From Prevotella sp. (GTDB lineage: Bacteria > Bacteroidota > Bacteroidia > Bacteroidales > Bacteroidaceae): a DNA stretch of 64,000 nt. Where the stretch lies: NCBI GenBank assembly GCA_017615355.1, contig JAGAAJ010000002.1, positions 1,646 to 65,645 of the forward strand, read 5' to 3'. Position 1 is the stretch's first letter; every line of letters begins with the position of its first letter. Positions 19,004 through 29,314 of the stretch are shown one piece after another. A model generated the notes under the pieces. It saw only the letters and a list, made by a program, of their open reading frames with translations, made no database searches and had not been told where the DNA came from. The position numbers were made by a program, and so were the translations under genes.

Positions 19004-20104
19004 ATGGCATTAAAATGTGGTATTGTGGGACTGCCCAACGTGGGCAAGTCCACATTGTTCAACTGTCTGTCGAGCGCAAAGGCACAGGCAGCGAACTTTC
19101 CTTTTTGTACAATAGAACCCAACGTAGGCGTGATCACCGTGCCCGACGAGCGACTGACGAAGCTGGCCGAGCTGGTGCATCCTGGCCGTATCGTGCCCGC
19201 TACGTGCGAGATAGTTGACATCGCCGGACTGGTGAAGGGTGCCTCGAAGGGCGAGGGCCTCGGCAATAAGTTCCTGGGCAACATCCGCGAGACGGACGCC
19301 ATCATCCACGTGCTGCGCTGCTTCGAAGACGAGAACATCACCCACGTTGACGGCACCATCGACCCCATACGCGACAAGGAAATCATCGACACGGAGCTGC
19401 AGCTGAAGGACCTGGAGACCATCGAGGGCCGACTGGCCAAGACGGAGAAGGCCGCTGCCGCTGGCAACAAGGATGCCAAGATCGAGGTGACCGTACTGAA
19501 GGCCTACAAGGAGGCCTTGGATCAGGGCAAGAACGCTCGCGTGGTGGAGTTCGAGACAAAGGACGAGCAGGACTGTGCCCGTCAGCTGTTCCTGTTGACC
19601 TCAAAGCCTGTACTCTATGTCTGCAACGTGGCCGAGGCCGACGCCAAGGACGGCAACGACTGGACGCGTAGGGTAGGGGAGCTGGCCAAGGAAGAGGGTG
19701 CCGAGATGATGGTCATCGCTGCCAAGACCGAGGAGGACATCGCCGAGTTGGAGAGCTATGAGGACAAACAGCTCTTCCTCGAGGAGCTGGGCCTGGAGGA
19801 GAGCGGCGTCAACCGCCTCATCAAGAAAGCCTACGCCCTGCTCAACCTCGAGACCTTCATCACCGCTGGCGAGATGGAGGTGAAGGCCTGGACCTACAAG
19901 AAAGGCTGGAAGGCTCCGCAATGTGCCGGCGTCATCCATACCGACTTTGAGAAGGGTTTCATCCGTGCTGAGGTGATCAAGTACGACGACTACATCAAGT
20001 ACGGCTCAGAGGCCGCCGTGCGTGAAGCCGGCAAGATGGGTGTCGAGGGCAAGGACTACATCGTCCAGGACGGCGACATCATGCATTTCCGCTTCAATGT
20101 TTAA
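19004..20104 (+). CDS. ychF: redox-regulated ATPase YchF
   Basis: [49 protein letters not shown] domain. Confidence 0.98.
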   Translation: MALKCGIVGLPNVGKSTLFNCLSSAKAQAANFPFCTIEPNVGVITVPDERLTKLAELVHPGRIVPATCEIVDIAGLVKGASKGEGLGNKFLGNIRETDAIIHVLRCFEDENITHVDGTIDPIRDKEIIDTELQLKDLETIEGRLAKTEKAAAAGNKDAKIEVTVLKAYKEALDQGKNARVVEFETKDEQDCARQLFLLTSKPVLYVCNVAEADAKDGNDWTRRVGELAKEEGAEMMVIAAKTEEDIAELESYEDKQLFLEELGLEESGVNRLIKKAYALLNLETFITAGEMEVKAWTYKKGWKAPQCAGVIHTDFEKGFIRAEVIKYDDYIKYGSEAAVREAGKMGVEGKDYIVQDGDIMHFRFNV

Positions 20105-20144
20105 GTAATAAGGATTCATCCCCTCAAACTATGAACTGTGAACT

Positions 20145-21041
20145 ATGAACTATGAACTATTCATCACTTGGAACCCTGACCTGACGGCATTTCACTTAGG
20201 GCCGCTGTCATTCCGTTGGTACTCGATGTGCTGGCTGATTGGACTGGCGCTGGCCTATTTCACGGTGCGATGGCTGTATAAGGACCAGAAAATTGAAGAC
20301 AAGAAATTCGACCCGCTGTTCTTCTACTGCTTCATCGGCATCCTTGTCGGCGCACGCCTTGGCCATTGCATCTTCTATCAACCGGAGGACTATCTGACCA
20401 GCGTCAAGGGCTTCATAGAGATGTGGCTGCCCATACAGTTCACAGGCTACGACGACTGGGACTTCAAGGTGACGGGCTATGAGGGCTTGGCTTCACACGG
20501 AGGCACGCTGGGCCTGATGCTGGCGCTCTGGCTCTACGTCAGACATTATAAGATGTCGCTCTGGCAGGTGCTCGACAATATCGCCATCGCCACAGGCATC
20601 ACCGCCTGCTTCATCCGCTTGGGCAATCTGATGAACTCTGAGATTATCGGCAATGTCACCTCGATGCCCTGGGGCTTCTATTTCGTCAACGCCCACCCTG
20701 CATCGATGGGCACAGAGCCTCGCCATCCTGCACAGCTCTATGAGGCCATCGCCTACCTGATTCTCTTCCTGCTGATGCTGTGGATTTATAAGAGGACGCA
20801 AACGAAAAACGAAAACCAAAACGAAAAAAGTAAGAGTAGGGTAGGGACGGGCTTCTACTTCGGCCTCTGTCTCACCTATATCTTCACCTTCCGCTTCTTC
20901 GTGGAGTTCCTGAAAATCAATCAGGTGAGTTTTGAGAATGGCTTGCCCCTCGATATGGGTCAGCTGCTCAGCATTCCCTTCGTCATCCTCGGCGTGTGGT
21001 GCATGAGAAGAGCACTGAAGAAATCGAATCAAGGCAATTGA
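20145..21041 (+). CDS. lgt: prolipoprotein diacylglyceryl transferase
   Basis: [36 protein letters not shown]. Confidence 0.95.
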   Translation: MNYELFITWNPDLTAFHLGPLSFRWYSMCWLIGLALAYFTVRWLYKDQKIEDKKFDPLFFYCFIGILVGARLGHCIFYQPEDYLTSVKGFIEMWLPIQFTGYDDWDFKVTGYEGLASHGGTLGLMLALWLYVRHYKMSLWQVLDNIAIATGITACFIRLGNLMNSEIIGNVTSMPWGFYFVNAHPASMGTEPRHPAQLYEAIAYLILFLLMLWIYKRTQTKNENQNEKSKSRVGTGFYFGLCLTYIFTFRFFVEFLKINQVSFENGLPLDMGQLLSIPFVILGVWCMRRALKKSNQGN

Positions 21042-21064
21042 AAAATGATAAACGCTACAGATCT

Positions 21065-22618
21065 ATGCATAACATTTTTACCTTTCTAACGAGAAACAGA
21101 TGGATGATGGTGATGAGCCTGTCATTTGTCATTTGTCATTTGTCAATTAGTTCCGCTGGAGCTCAAAGCCTCTATGGACAGAACATGCGAATGGGTGAGA
21201 TGTTCTACGAGAGTGGATGTCTGAGGCAGGCTGAGAAATATGTTCAGGCTGCCATCGACAATGCAGGGCCCAACGACAAGCATCAATGGCTCTCCGCTCG
21301 CCTTCAGATGATCAATATCCTGAAATTCTGGAGACCTGTAGAGGCGTATAACATAAACGAGGAAATTGCAGAAGACTGCAAGGCCTATCCTGAACTTCAT
21401 CAGAAAAGCCTGGCCCTGAATGCCGCCATCAGTTTCTGGCTCAACAACAAGGATGATTTCAAGGATTATAATGACGAATACCTGAGATTCAGCAATCAGA
21501 CGGAAGGACTGCCTACCGTTTACGACAAGCCCTTACAGGCTATGGGCGAGGCCTTGAGCGGCTATTATAACCAGGCCCTGAACACCATCAACCAGCACAT
21601 CCCTACTTCGGTGCTGCGTCATGAGTTGCGCTTGCACATCTTCCAGATGAAAGGCGACGACAAAGCCGTTATCAAAGAAATGCAACTTCGTACTGCCACC
21701 GTCGATTCGCTCAGCGCCGTCATGTACAACACCAATCTCAGCGAGGCATCCACCACCAATAGCATGACGGTGGCACAAAAGCAGGCTGAGGAACGCAGTT
21801 ATCGCATGATGATGCTTTCACTCCTCATGGGACTCATCATTCTCGGCATGTTTGCCATATGGGTCTATCTGCATCGTCGCAATCAGAAGAAGTTGGAGGA
21901 TAAGAACGAGCAGCTTTCCACAGCCCTGAAGATGGCCAGCGAAACTGACCAGATGAAGAGTGAGTTTGTGAAACGTGTCAGTCACGAGATACGCACTCCG
22001 CTGAATGCCATCACGGGCTTCAACGAGATTCTCAACAATCCTGACATTCCCCTGCCGCAGGAGGAGCGACAGGAGCTCATCGACCGCATCAGCGAGAACG
22101 TAAAGGCCATCACAGGCATCGTAGACGAGCTGCTGCAGGTGGCCAATACGGAGAGCACACAGGACTATGCCCGCTACGACACCGTGCTCTGCAATCAGTT
22201 CCTATCGAACCTTATCTATAGTCATCGCGAAGAAGTCAAAGCCGATATAGAGCTGCGCTATACCACAAAGGTGATCAATCGTTTTTCCATCCAAACCAAT
22301 CAGGAAACGCTGGAGAAAATCGTCGAACACCTGATAGGCAACGCCATCAAGTTCACACAGCATGGATTTATCGAACTCAACTGTGATCAGGAGGAAGATA
22401 CCGTAAAAATCTCCTTGACCGATACAGGCTGCGGCATTCCTGCCGACAAACAGGATGAGGTATTTGAGGAATTCGTCAAGGCTGATGCCTTCCGTCAAGG
22501 TATCGGCTTGGGTCTGACGGTGAGTCGCCGATTGGCACAGAAGATGGGCGGCAACCTGGAGCTTGACAAGACTTATACGGATGGTGCTCGCTTCGTTCTC
22601 ACATTGCCTATTCAGTAG
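21065..22618 (+). CDS. sensor histidine kinase (orphan)
   Basis: Signal peptide, periplasmic region, TM, SHEIRTPLNAI H-box, NAIKFT, DTGCGI, GIGLGL; start uncertain. Confidence 0.9.
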   Translation: MHNIFTFLTRNRWMMVMSLSFVICHLSISSAGAQSLYGQNMRMGEMFYESGCLRQAEKYVQAAIDNAGPNDKHQWLSARLQMINILKFWRPVEAYNINEEIAEDCKAYPELHQKSLALNAAISFWLNNKDDFKDYNDEYLRFSNQTEGLPTVYDKPLQAMGEALSGYYNQALNTINQHIPTSVLRHELRLHIFQMKGDDKAVIKEMQLRTATVDSLSAVMYNTNLSEASTTNSMTVAQKQAEERSYRMMMLSLLMGLIILGMFAIWVYLHRRNQKKLEDKNEQLSTALKMASETDQMKSEFVKRVSHEIRTPLNAITGFNEILNNPDIPLPQEERQELIDRISENVKAITGIVDELLQVANTESTQDYARYDTVLCNQFLSNLIYSHREEVKADIELRYTTKVINRFSIQTNQETLEKIVEHLIGNAIKFTQHGFIELNCDQEEDTVKISLTDTGCGIPADKQDEVFEEFVKADAFRQGIGLGLTVSRRLAQKMGGNLELDKTYTDGARFVLTLPIQ

Positions 22619-22695
22619 TATCGTGCATCGCTTACCAAATCATCTAACGTTAGGGAATTTTTTCCCTGACGTTATTTTTTAAATACCCATATTTG

Positions 22696-23049
22696 TGTGG
22701 ATAACTATGTGCATAACTTGTGGAAAACGCTGTGGAAAAACACAGCACCTTATCCACAGCGTGGAAAATCACATAGTTATTCCATCGAAATACTAAACTT
22801 TTCCACAGAAAGATGCAGAAAAAAGATATAAACTTCGTAAATTTGCACCGAAATAGCAAACTGTGGATAAATCCACTATGCCTTTCATTATCAGCGACAA
22901 ACAATTCACACTTGTGGTGCATAACAATATTCCACGGGTGGATAACGAAATGAGCAAGAAAAAGGCCGATGAGTTATCAACTTATCCACACCACATCATC
23001 TTATTCATTTCTATTTTTAAAGAAAAAGAAAATATATAAAAATAAAATT
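22696..23049. other. probable chromosomal replication origin (oriC)
   Basis: Perfect TTATCCACA boxes at 22696(-), 22750(+), 22862(-), 22982(+); TTWTNCACA matches at 22708, 22719, 22731, 22799; near-matches at 22760, 22937; AT-rich tract 23001-23049. Confidence 0.85.
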
Positions 23050-23052
23050 GTG

Positions 23053-24042
23053 ATGTTGAAAAAGAAATGGATGAAACAGGGCTTCATTGACGAGGCTGCT
23101 GCCGAAGACCTGGATTTGAAGGCAGAGATAAGGAAACTGTGCAAGGAGAAAAACGCCATCGTTCTGGCACATTACTATACGACTGGCGATATCCAGGATA
23201 TAGCCGACTTCGTAGGCGATTCTCTTGCATTGGCCCGCAAGGCTGCAGAGACCGATGCGAAGATGATGGTGATGGCAGGTGTGCATTTCATGGCTGAGAC
23301 CTGCAAGCTCCTCTCGCCTGAGAAGATAGTGTTGTGTCCTGATCTGAATGCCGGTTGCTCATTGGCCGACAGCTGCAAGGCTGAGGATTTGAAAAAATTC
23401 AAGGAAGAGCATCCTGATCACTTCGTGGTAAGTTATGTAAACACTACAGCAGCTGTCAAGGCTCATACGGATGTGGTTGTGACCAGCGGCAATGCGAAGC
23501 GTATCATCGACCACCTGCCTGAGGATGCAAAGGTTATTTTTGGCCCTGACTACAATTTGGGTAATTACATCAATAGCGTGACTGGCAGGAAGATGCTCCT
23601 TTGGAATGGCGGCTGTCATGTGCATGAGCGTTTCTCAGTAGAGAAGATTATCGAACTCAAGCGTGAAAATCCCGATGGAATTGTGATGGCGCACTTAGAG
23701 TGCAAGGCACCCGTATTGGCTGTGGCTGACGTGAAAGGTTCTACGGCGAATATGCTGAAGTATGCCCAGGAAAGCAATGCCACTCAGTTTATTGTGGCTA
23801 CAGAGGCTGGCATTCTGCATGAGTTGCAGCGCACTTGTCCTGACAAGACATTTATTCCTGTGCCGCCTGAAATCAGCGAGAGCGGCTTGGAATGTTCGTG
23901 CAACGAGTGTCAATATATGAAGATGAACACCCTGCTGAAGATTTACAACTGTCTGAAGTATGAGTGGCCCAGCGTAGAGATTGACCCTGAGTTAGCTGAA
24001 AAAGCGGTGAAGCCTATCAAACTGATGTTGGAGTGGAGCTAA
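23053..24042 (+). CDS. nadA: quinolinate synthase
   Basis: LAHYY, GDSL, GVHFMAET, AGCSLA, SYVNT, CHVH, AHLEC, CQYMK. Confidence 0.96.
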   Translation: MLKKKWMKQGFIDEAAAEDLDLKAEIRKLCKEKNAIVLAHYYTTGDIQDIADFVGDSLALARKAAETDAKMMVMAGVHFMAETCKLLSPEKIVLCPDLNAGCSLADSCKAEDLKKFKEEHPDHFVVSYVNTTAAVKAHTDVVVTSGNAKRIIDHLPEDAKVIFGPDYNLGNYINSVTGRKMLLWNGGCHVHERFSVEKIIELKRENPDGIVMAHLECKAPVLAVADVKGSTANMLKYAQESNATQFIVATEAGILHELQRTCPDKTFIPVPPEISESGLECSCNECQYMKMNTLLKIYNCLKYEWPSVEIDPELAEKAVKPIKLMLEWS

Positions 24043-24058
24043 AAAGGAGAATAATTAG

Positions 24059-25327
24059 ATGAAAAAATTGAGAATATGGCTGCTCTTTGCAGTTAGTCTT
24101 TGCGTCGTTAGTGCGACAGCGCAGTCAAACGATATTGTTGCGAATATCCAGAATGATGCTGTCAGCAATTATTTGAATTCAGTTGTTTATACGAGCGAGG
24201 ATGACACAAGTCTCGTGGCTGATTTCATCGTGCCTAAAAACGTGCGGCTCGATGTGCCAAAGCCTGCTATCGTAGAGGTGCCTAACTACTACAAGGAATT
24301 CATCAATAGCGGTATTGTCAGCGTGCGCTATTGCTTTGATAATTCGTTCGCACCTGAAGTGACGGATACTGTCGCTGTGCCTGTAGGCGAGCCTGGGGCA
24401 CCCATCTATGATGTGCAGCCAGGTGTGGAGTGCTACTACAAGACTTACCTGTACAATATGATGATAGGGTGGGGCAAGCTCATGACAGAGGGGCCCGTTC
24501 GTATGATCAACTTGTCGACAGTAAGAAATGTACGCGACCTAGGTGGCTGGACAACAGCCGACGGACGAACCATCAAGTATGGCAAGCTGATTCGCGGCGG
24601 CGAGCTTAATGGCGAGCACATAGCCGATGCTGCCGACATCCAGCACCTGCTCGATCTGGGTGTAGCGGCAGAGATTGACTTGCGTTCATATTATGAAGTA
24701 GATCATGGAGTGTCGGCATTCGGCTTTAAGGACGCTAGTCAGGTGACAGGAGATGAGATTCCTACTTTTTTCTATGCCAACGACAGCGGACAGTTGTTAA
24801 GTCACTTGACTATGACCAAATACCTACAGCATTGGCGCCAGGAGTTTGAGTTTATCGTGGATAATCTGAGCGAAGGCCGTACCGTCTTTTTCCATTGCCG
24901 CTGGGGAGCCAACCGCACAGGCTATCTGGCCTTGCTGCTTGAGGGTTTGCTCGGTGTGACTTATGATGGACTCATCAAGGACTACGAACTGACATCCTTT
25001 GCAAGCTTAGATGAGAAGAAGGAGAATATTGATCCTGTCATTCAGTTTATTCGGCAGCTCGATGGCGAGACATTGCAGGAGAAGTTCAACACGTTCTGGA
25101 TAGAGCGTGTGAAAGTGAAACAGGAGGACATTGATTACTTCATCGACGAGATGCTTGACGGCGAGAAGCCTGGCGGCGATGTGGTCACCGCTATTAAAGA
25201 TGTGCAGGAGTCGCCTGTCAGCACCACCTATGACCTGCAGGGTCGTCGTGTGTCAGCTCATCAGCGCGGTCTTGTCATTCGTCGTCAGCAGGACGGCAGC
25301 ATCAGGAAAATGGTGAAATCATACTAA
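24059..25327 (+). CDS. secreted tyrosine/Cys-dependent phosphatase family protein with a T9SS-like C-terminal tail
   Basis: Signal peptide; NVRDLGG, IDLRS, CX5R loop HCRWGANRTG, DYELT; tail YDLQGRRV...GSIRKMVK. Confidence 0.85.
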   Translation: MKKLRIWLLFAVSLCVVSATAQSNDIVANIQNDAVSNYLNSVVYTSEDDTSLVADFIVPKNVRLDVPKPAIVEVPNYYKEFINSGIVSVRYCFDNSFAPEVTDTVAVPVGEPGAPIYDVQPGVECYYKTYLYNMMIGWGKLMTEGPVRMINLSTVRNVRDLGGWTTADGRTIKYGKLIRGGELNGEHIADAADIQHLLDLGVAAEIDLRSYYEVDHGVSAFGFKDASQVTGDEIPTFFYANDSGQLLSHLTMTKYLQHWRQEFEFIVDNLSEGRTVFFHCRWGANRTGYLALLLEGLLGVTYDGLIKDYELTSFASLDEKKENIDPVIQFIRQLDGETLQEKFNTFWIERVKVKQEDIDYFIDEMLDGEKPGGDVVTAIKDVQESPVSTTYDLQGRRVSAHQRGLVIRRQQDGSIRKMVKSY

Positions 25328-25336
25328 TGTGAACGC

Positions 25337-26284
25337 ATGATTTCTGTCGTCATTCCCATCTATAATTCCGAGTCTTTCCTTGCTTCCTGCATTGAGAGCG
25401 TGCTGCAACAGACGCACAAGGACTTGGAGCTGATTCTGGTGGATGACGGCAGTACTGACAATAGCGGAAAAATCTGCGATGACTATGCTGGACACGACCA
25501 TCGCATTCAGGTGATTCATCAGCCCAATCATGGGCGCAGCGAGGCCCGTGCACAGGGTGTTTTGAAGGCTACAGGCGAATGGGTGGCGTTTGTCGATTCC
25601 GACGACTGCCTGCCTCAGGATGCTTTAGAGCATCTTTTTATTGCTGCCGACAACGATACTGATATCGTGCTGGGAAATGGCAGTTCGCTAGGTTTTCTTC
25701 CCTGTCCGAAAACGATGGAGATGGAGGAGTTTCGTCATCTGGCAGTTCGTGGTGAAGGCACCATCGGAGTGCCTTGGGGCAGTCTTTATCGACGGAAACT
25801 GCTCACTATGACAACGGCAACCCAACAGATGGACTCCTTGCCTTGGGTTTTCGATGTGCCTCGACACATCATCAATGGCGAGGACTATCTCTTCTGGCTA
25901 AGATTGGTGTTTCTGACGGAGAAACCCGTACATATCGTGGAGCAGAGCGTCTATAATAAAGGCGACGAGCATACCAGCAGCACCTTCAGATGGACGGCTG
26001 ACTACTGCTATGAGCTCAACGAGCTGCGTCGGCTCTCCATTCCTGCCGAAGAGCGTTCAAAGTATCTGGCTGATACGGTTTCCGACCGTTTGGTCAACAT
26101 GCTGAGTGTGGCGATGTGGACACCCAAAAAGGAGTGGCTTCACAGCAAGTATTATGAGGAGTTGCTGCGTGATATGAAGGTCGTCGGACGTGAGCTGAAC
26201 AGCAAGGAAAAGCTTTTTCTGGCCCTTCCTTCCCGTCAGCTCAGACGGCTTTATTCCACCATCAGTAGAAAAATCAGAAAGTGA
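25337..26284 (+). CDS. glycosyltransferase family 2
   Basis: ISVVIPIYN, VDDGSTD, FVDSDD. Confidence 0.92.
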   Translation: MISVVIPIYNSESFLASCIESVLQQTHKDLELILVDDGSTDNSGKICDDYAGHDHRIQVIHQPNHGRSEARAQGVLKATGEWVAFVDSDDCLPQDALEHLFIAADNDTDIVLGNGSSLGFLPCPKTMEMEEFRHLAVRGEGTIGVPWGSLYRRKLLTMTTATQQMDSLPWVFDVPRHIINGEDYLFWLRLVFLTEKPVHIVEQSVYNKGDEHTSSTFRWTADYCYELNELRRLSIPAEERSKYLADTVSDRLVNMLSVAMWTPKKEWLHSKYYEELLRDMKVVGRELNSKEKLFLALPSRQLRRLYSTISRKIRK

Positions 26285-28287
26285 AGATGAAACTGACAGA
26301 TAAACAGAGCTTAGGTGAGGCCGTGCGTTTCGGCGTAGTGGGAGTGGCTGCCACAGCCCTTCACTATGGGCTGTATTATCTGCTGTTAAGCTTCGTCAAC
26401 CCTACGGTGGCCTTCACCATCGGCTATGCCATTAGCTTCATCTGCAATTATGTGCTGTCGTCGCGCTACACCTTCCGCGTGTCGATGTCTGTGCAGCGGT
26501 TTACGAGTTTTGCGCTGAGCCATCTGGTCAATTACTTCGTAGGCCTGGCGCTGTTGCATCTGTTCCTTTGGATAGGATTGCCGCCTGAAATAGCGCCGTT
26601 GCCAGCCTTTGTCATCGCTGTGCCTATCAATTTCCTATTGGTGCGGTTCGCCTTGAAACGTGTACCGCATGAGGCCGATTCCTACATCATCTTCCTGCTG
26701 CTGACAGGCTTTGCTATGCTGTTGTTGAACCTGATGGATGTGCCGACGCTGAGCGATGATATGGTGTATCGCTTTATGTGGAATGCCGACCCTCAGGATG
26801 AGGTAAAGGCCATAGGCGGACTTGGCGACCTGTTCCATTCGCAATGGACGCATTACTTCACAATCAACGGGCGTTTCCCCGTTCATCTCCTGGCACAGGC
26901 TTTCCTGGCTTTCGTGCCTCCTATCGTGCTCCAGATCATCAATACGATATTATTCTTGGTGCTGATTCATCTGTGCGTCCTGTTTATTGGACACAAGAAC
27001 CGCCTCTTTGTAGCGGCGATGGTTACTTTCATGCTGTTTGTAGTCATCAACGGATTCCGTACAACGATGGTGTGGAGCCTTGGTGCCTTCAATTATCTGT
27101 GGGTGCTGGTTGGCGTGATGTGTCTGATGCTTTGGCTGCGGCGAATCAAGTCCTCGTCACTCAGTCTCAATCATTGGCTGCTGTCGCCCTTGGCCCTGTT
27201 TGCAGGATGGAGCCACGAAGCATTGTCGCTGCCCTTGTCAGTAGCCATCGTCTGCTTCTTGTTTGTCAACAGGAAGGTGATGTTACGTCGTGCCCTCACA
27301 CCCTATCTGCTGTGGTTCCTCGTGGGCACAGCGTTGTGCTTCCTCTCGCCTGGTGTCATAGGCCGTTCTACCGAGGGTGTCACCCTGATGACCAGGATGA
27401 TGAGCGCCGCTATGAACTGCCTGTTCAATATCCGTGTGTTGTGGCTGCTGCTGATTGTCCTCCTAGTCTTTTGGAGGCGCGACAAGCAGTTCCTTCGTCA
27501 GCACTTGCAGGAAAATGCCTACAGTTATGTAGCCCTTTCCATATCCTTTGCCATCACGCTACTGTGTGGCACGTCGTTGGAAAGAGTGGCCTTTTTCACC
27601 GATTTCATCGCTATGCTGTTGCTGCTAAGACTATTGTGCACAAAACTGTCAACGTTGTGGCAGCGCAGATTGATAGTCGTTGCCTGTGTGCTGATGCTGG
27701 TGTGCTATGTGCCTGCCTACTTGGTGAGACAGGAGAATCGTGATATGTGGCAGGATATGGAGCAGCAGATGAAAGAGCCAGGCCGCGAACTCATTGCCGT
27801 ACAGTTGCCGCTGAAGGGGCAGAACGCCGTGATGGATTACTTCCGTCAGCACTACGTCAATCCTTCGGCTGAGTTTGGCTTCTACTGCGTCTATATGGGT
27901 TTCGATGCCACCGATGTCAATATGCGTTGTGCGGCAAAGCTCTACGGTAAGCCCAGCCTCACCTTCCTTCCTGCTGATGTGGTGAGTCGCATCGAGGCTG
28001 ACAGCACCGCTTATAGCAGCTATGAGCCTGATGAGAACAACACGCTCTTTGTGTGGCGTATGAAGGACAGTAGGCCTGTGAAAAGTGTCCGCTTTATCCT
28101 CAATGAAGAGGATCTGTCGGCCCTGCATTTCTATCAGCGGCTGATGGTCTACGACGGCGACTCCTACGATTTGGACGACTTCAATTTTGAGACGGTGGAG
28201 GTCTGCGGTAATCCCTATCTGGTCTTTACACGTCCTACCACCAATATAGCACGAAGAATCAAAGATATCGAGATAGGCTATGAGTAA
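26281..28287 (+). CDS. GtrA-like flippase domain fused to a polytopic membrane (DUF6056/GT-C-like) domain
   Basis: N-terminus VRFGVVG...NYVLSSRYTF (GtrA-like); then SDDMVY, NGRFPVH, GAFNYLW, GWSHE, SPG and many TMs. Confidence 0.75.
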   Translation: MKMKLTDKQSLGEAVRFGVVGVAATALHYGLYYLLLSFVNPTVAFTIGYAISFICNYVLSSRYTFRVSMSVQRFTSFALSHLVNYFVGLALLHLFLWIGLPPEIAPLPAFVIAVPINFLLVRFALKRVPHEADSYIIFLLLTGFAMLLLNLMDVPTLSDDMVYRFMWNADPQDEVKAIGGLGDLFHSQWTHYFTINGRFPVHLLAQAFLAFVPPIVLQIINTILFLVLIHLCVLFIGHKNRLFVAAMVTFMLFVVINGFRTTMVWSLGAFNYLWVLVGVMCLMLWLRRIKSSSLSLNHWLLSPLALFAGWSHEALSLPLSVAIVCFLFVNRKVMLRRALTPYLLWFLVGTALCFLSPGVIGRSTEGVTLMTRMMSAAMNCLFNIRVLWLLLIVLLVFWRRDKQFLRQHLQENAYSYVALSISFAITLLCGTSLERVAFFTDFIAMLLLLRLLCTKLSTLWQRRLIVVACVLMLVCYVPAYLVRQENRDMWQDMEQQMKEPGRELIAVQLPLKGQNAVMDYFRQHYVNPSAEFGFYCVYMGFDATDVNMRCAAKLYGKPSLTFLPADVVSRIEADSTAYSSYEPDENNTLFVWRMKDSRPVKSVRFILNEEDLSALHFYQRLMVYDGDSYDLDDFNFETVEVCGNPYLVFTRPTTNIARRIKDIEIGYE

Positions 28288-29227
28288 GGAAAAGAAACTG
28301 GTCAGCATCATCGTGCCGGCATTCAATGAGGAGGCATCGCTGAGGCCCTTCCACGAGGCGATGAGTCAAGTGACGGATGGCCTGCCGCAGTATGATTTCG
28401 AGCTGTTGTTCATCAACGACGGCAGCACCGATAAGACGCAGGCTATTCTGAAGGAGCTGGCTGAAGAAGACAAACGCGTGGCTTTCGTCACCCTTTCACG
28501 CAATTTCGGCAAGGAGGCAGCGATGCTGGCAGGCTTTGACCACGCTCGCGGCCATTGTGCTGTGGTGATGGACGCCGACCTGCAGCATCCGCCGCACGTC
28601 ATCGTGGAGATGCTGGAGCAATGGGAGCAGGGCTTCGAGGATGTCTATGCCAGAAGACGTACACGTGGCAAGGAAGGCTGGCTGCGCCGTCGGCTGACCA
28701 TGCTGTTCTATCGCATCCTGGCTCGCTCATCGCGCTATGAGGTGCTGCAGAATGTGGGTGATTTCCGTCTGCTGGACCGTAAATGTATCAATGCCCTGCG
28801 CGAATTGCGTGAGACGGAGCGATATACCAAAGGACTGTATAGTTGGATTGGCTTCCGCAAGAAGGAGATTCTCTTCGATCAGGAGGAGCGTCGCTACGGC
28901 AAGAGTCATTGGAGTCTGCTACAGCTCTCTGGATTGGCCATAGAGGGGCTTGTGAGCTTCTCCAAGGCCCCTCTGCGCATCGCTACAGTCATTGGACTGT
29001 TGACTGGCCTTGGCGCCTTCATCTATTTAATCTACACCTTTATCAAGGCGCTGGCCTATGGCGACCCCGTAGCAGGCTATCCCACGCTGATTTGCGTGAT
29101 GCTCTTCTTGGGAAGTGTGCAGCTGATTTGTTTAGGCATCATCGGCGAGTATCTGGGCCGCGTCTTTACAGAGAGCAAGCACAGACCGAATTATTTGGTG
29201 GAAGAATATCAACCCATGAAAGGATAA
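28280..29227 (+). CDS. GtrB-like polyprenol-phosphate glycosyltransferase (GT2)
   Basis: PAFNEE, NDGSTD, SRNFGKE, MDADLQHPP, GDFRLLDR, two C-terminal TMs, GEYLGR. Confidence 0.92.
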   Translation: MSKEKKLVSIIVPAFNEEASLRPFHEAMSQVTDGLPQYDFELLFINDGSTDKTQAILKELAEEDKRVAFVTLSRNFGKEAAMLAGFDHARGHCAVVMDADLQHPPHVIVEMLEQWEQGFEDVYARRRTRGKEGWLRRRLTMLFYRILARSSRYEVLQNVGDFRLLDRKCINALRELRETERYTKGLYSWIGFRKKEILFDQEERRYGKSHWSLLQLSGLAIEGLVSFSKAPLRIATVIGLLTGLGAFIYLIYTFIKALAYGDPVAGYPTLICVMLFLGSVQLICLGIIGEYLGRVFTESKHRPNYLVEEYQPMKG

Positions 29228-29234
29228 AAGACCT

Positions 29235-29314
29235 TTCCCAGAAAAGTCCCAAGGCTTGGGACTTTTTTCCCAGGCCGTGGGACTTTTGTCCCAAGCCTTG
29301 GGATTTTTTTGGAA
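29235..29314. repeat. second copy of the tcccaaggcttggga palindromic element, between convergent genes
   Basis: ttcccagaaaagtcccaaggcttgggac...gtcccaagccttgggatttttttggaa. Confidence 0.85.

Noticed and set aside
21065-22618. Orphan kinase as a replication regulator because it abuts oriC
   Set aside because: Proximity is the only evidence
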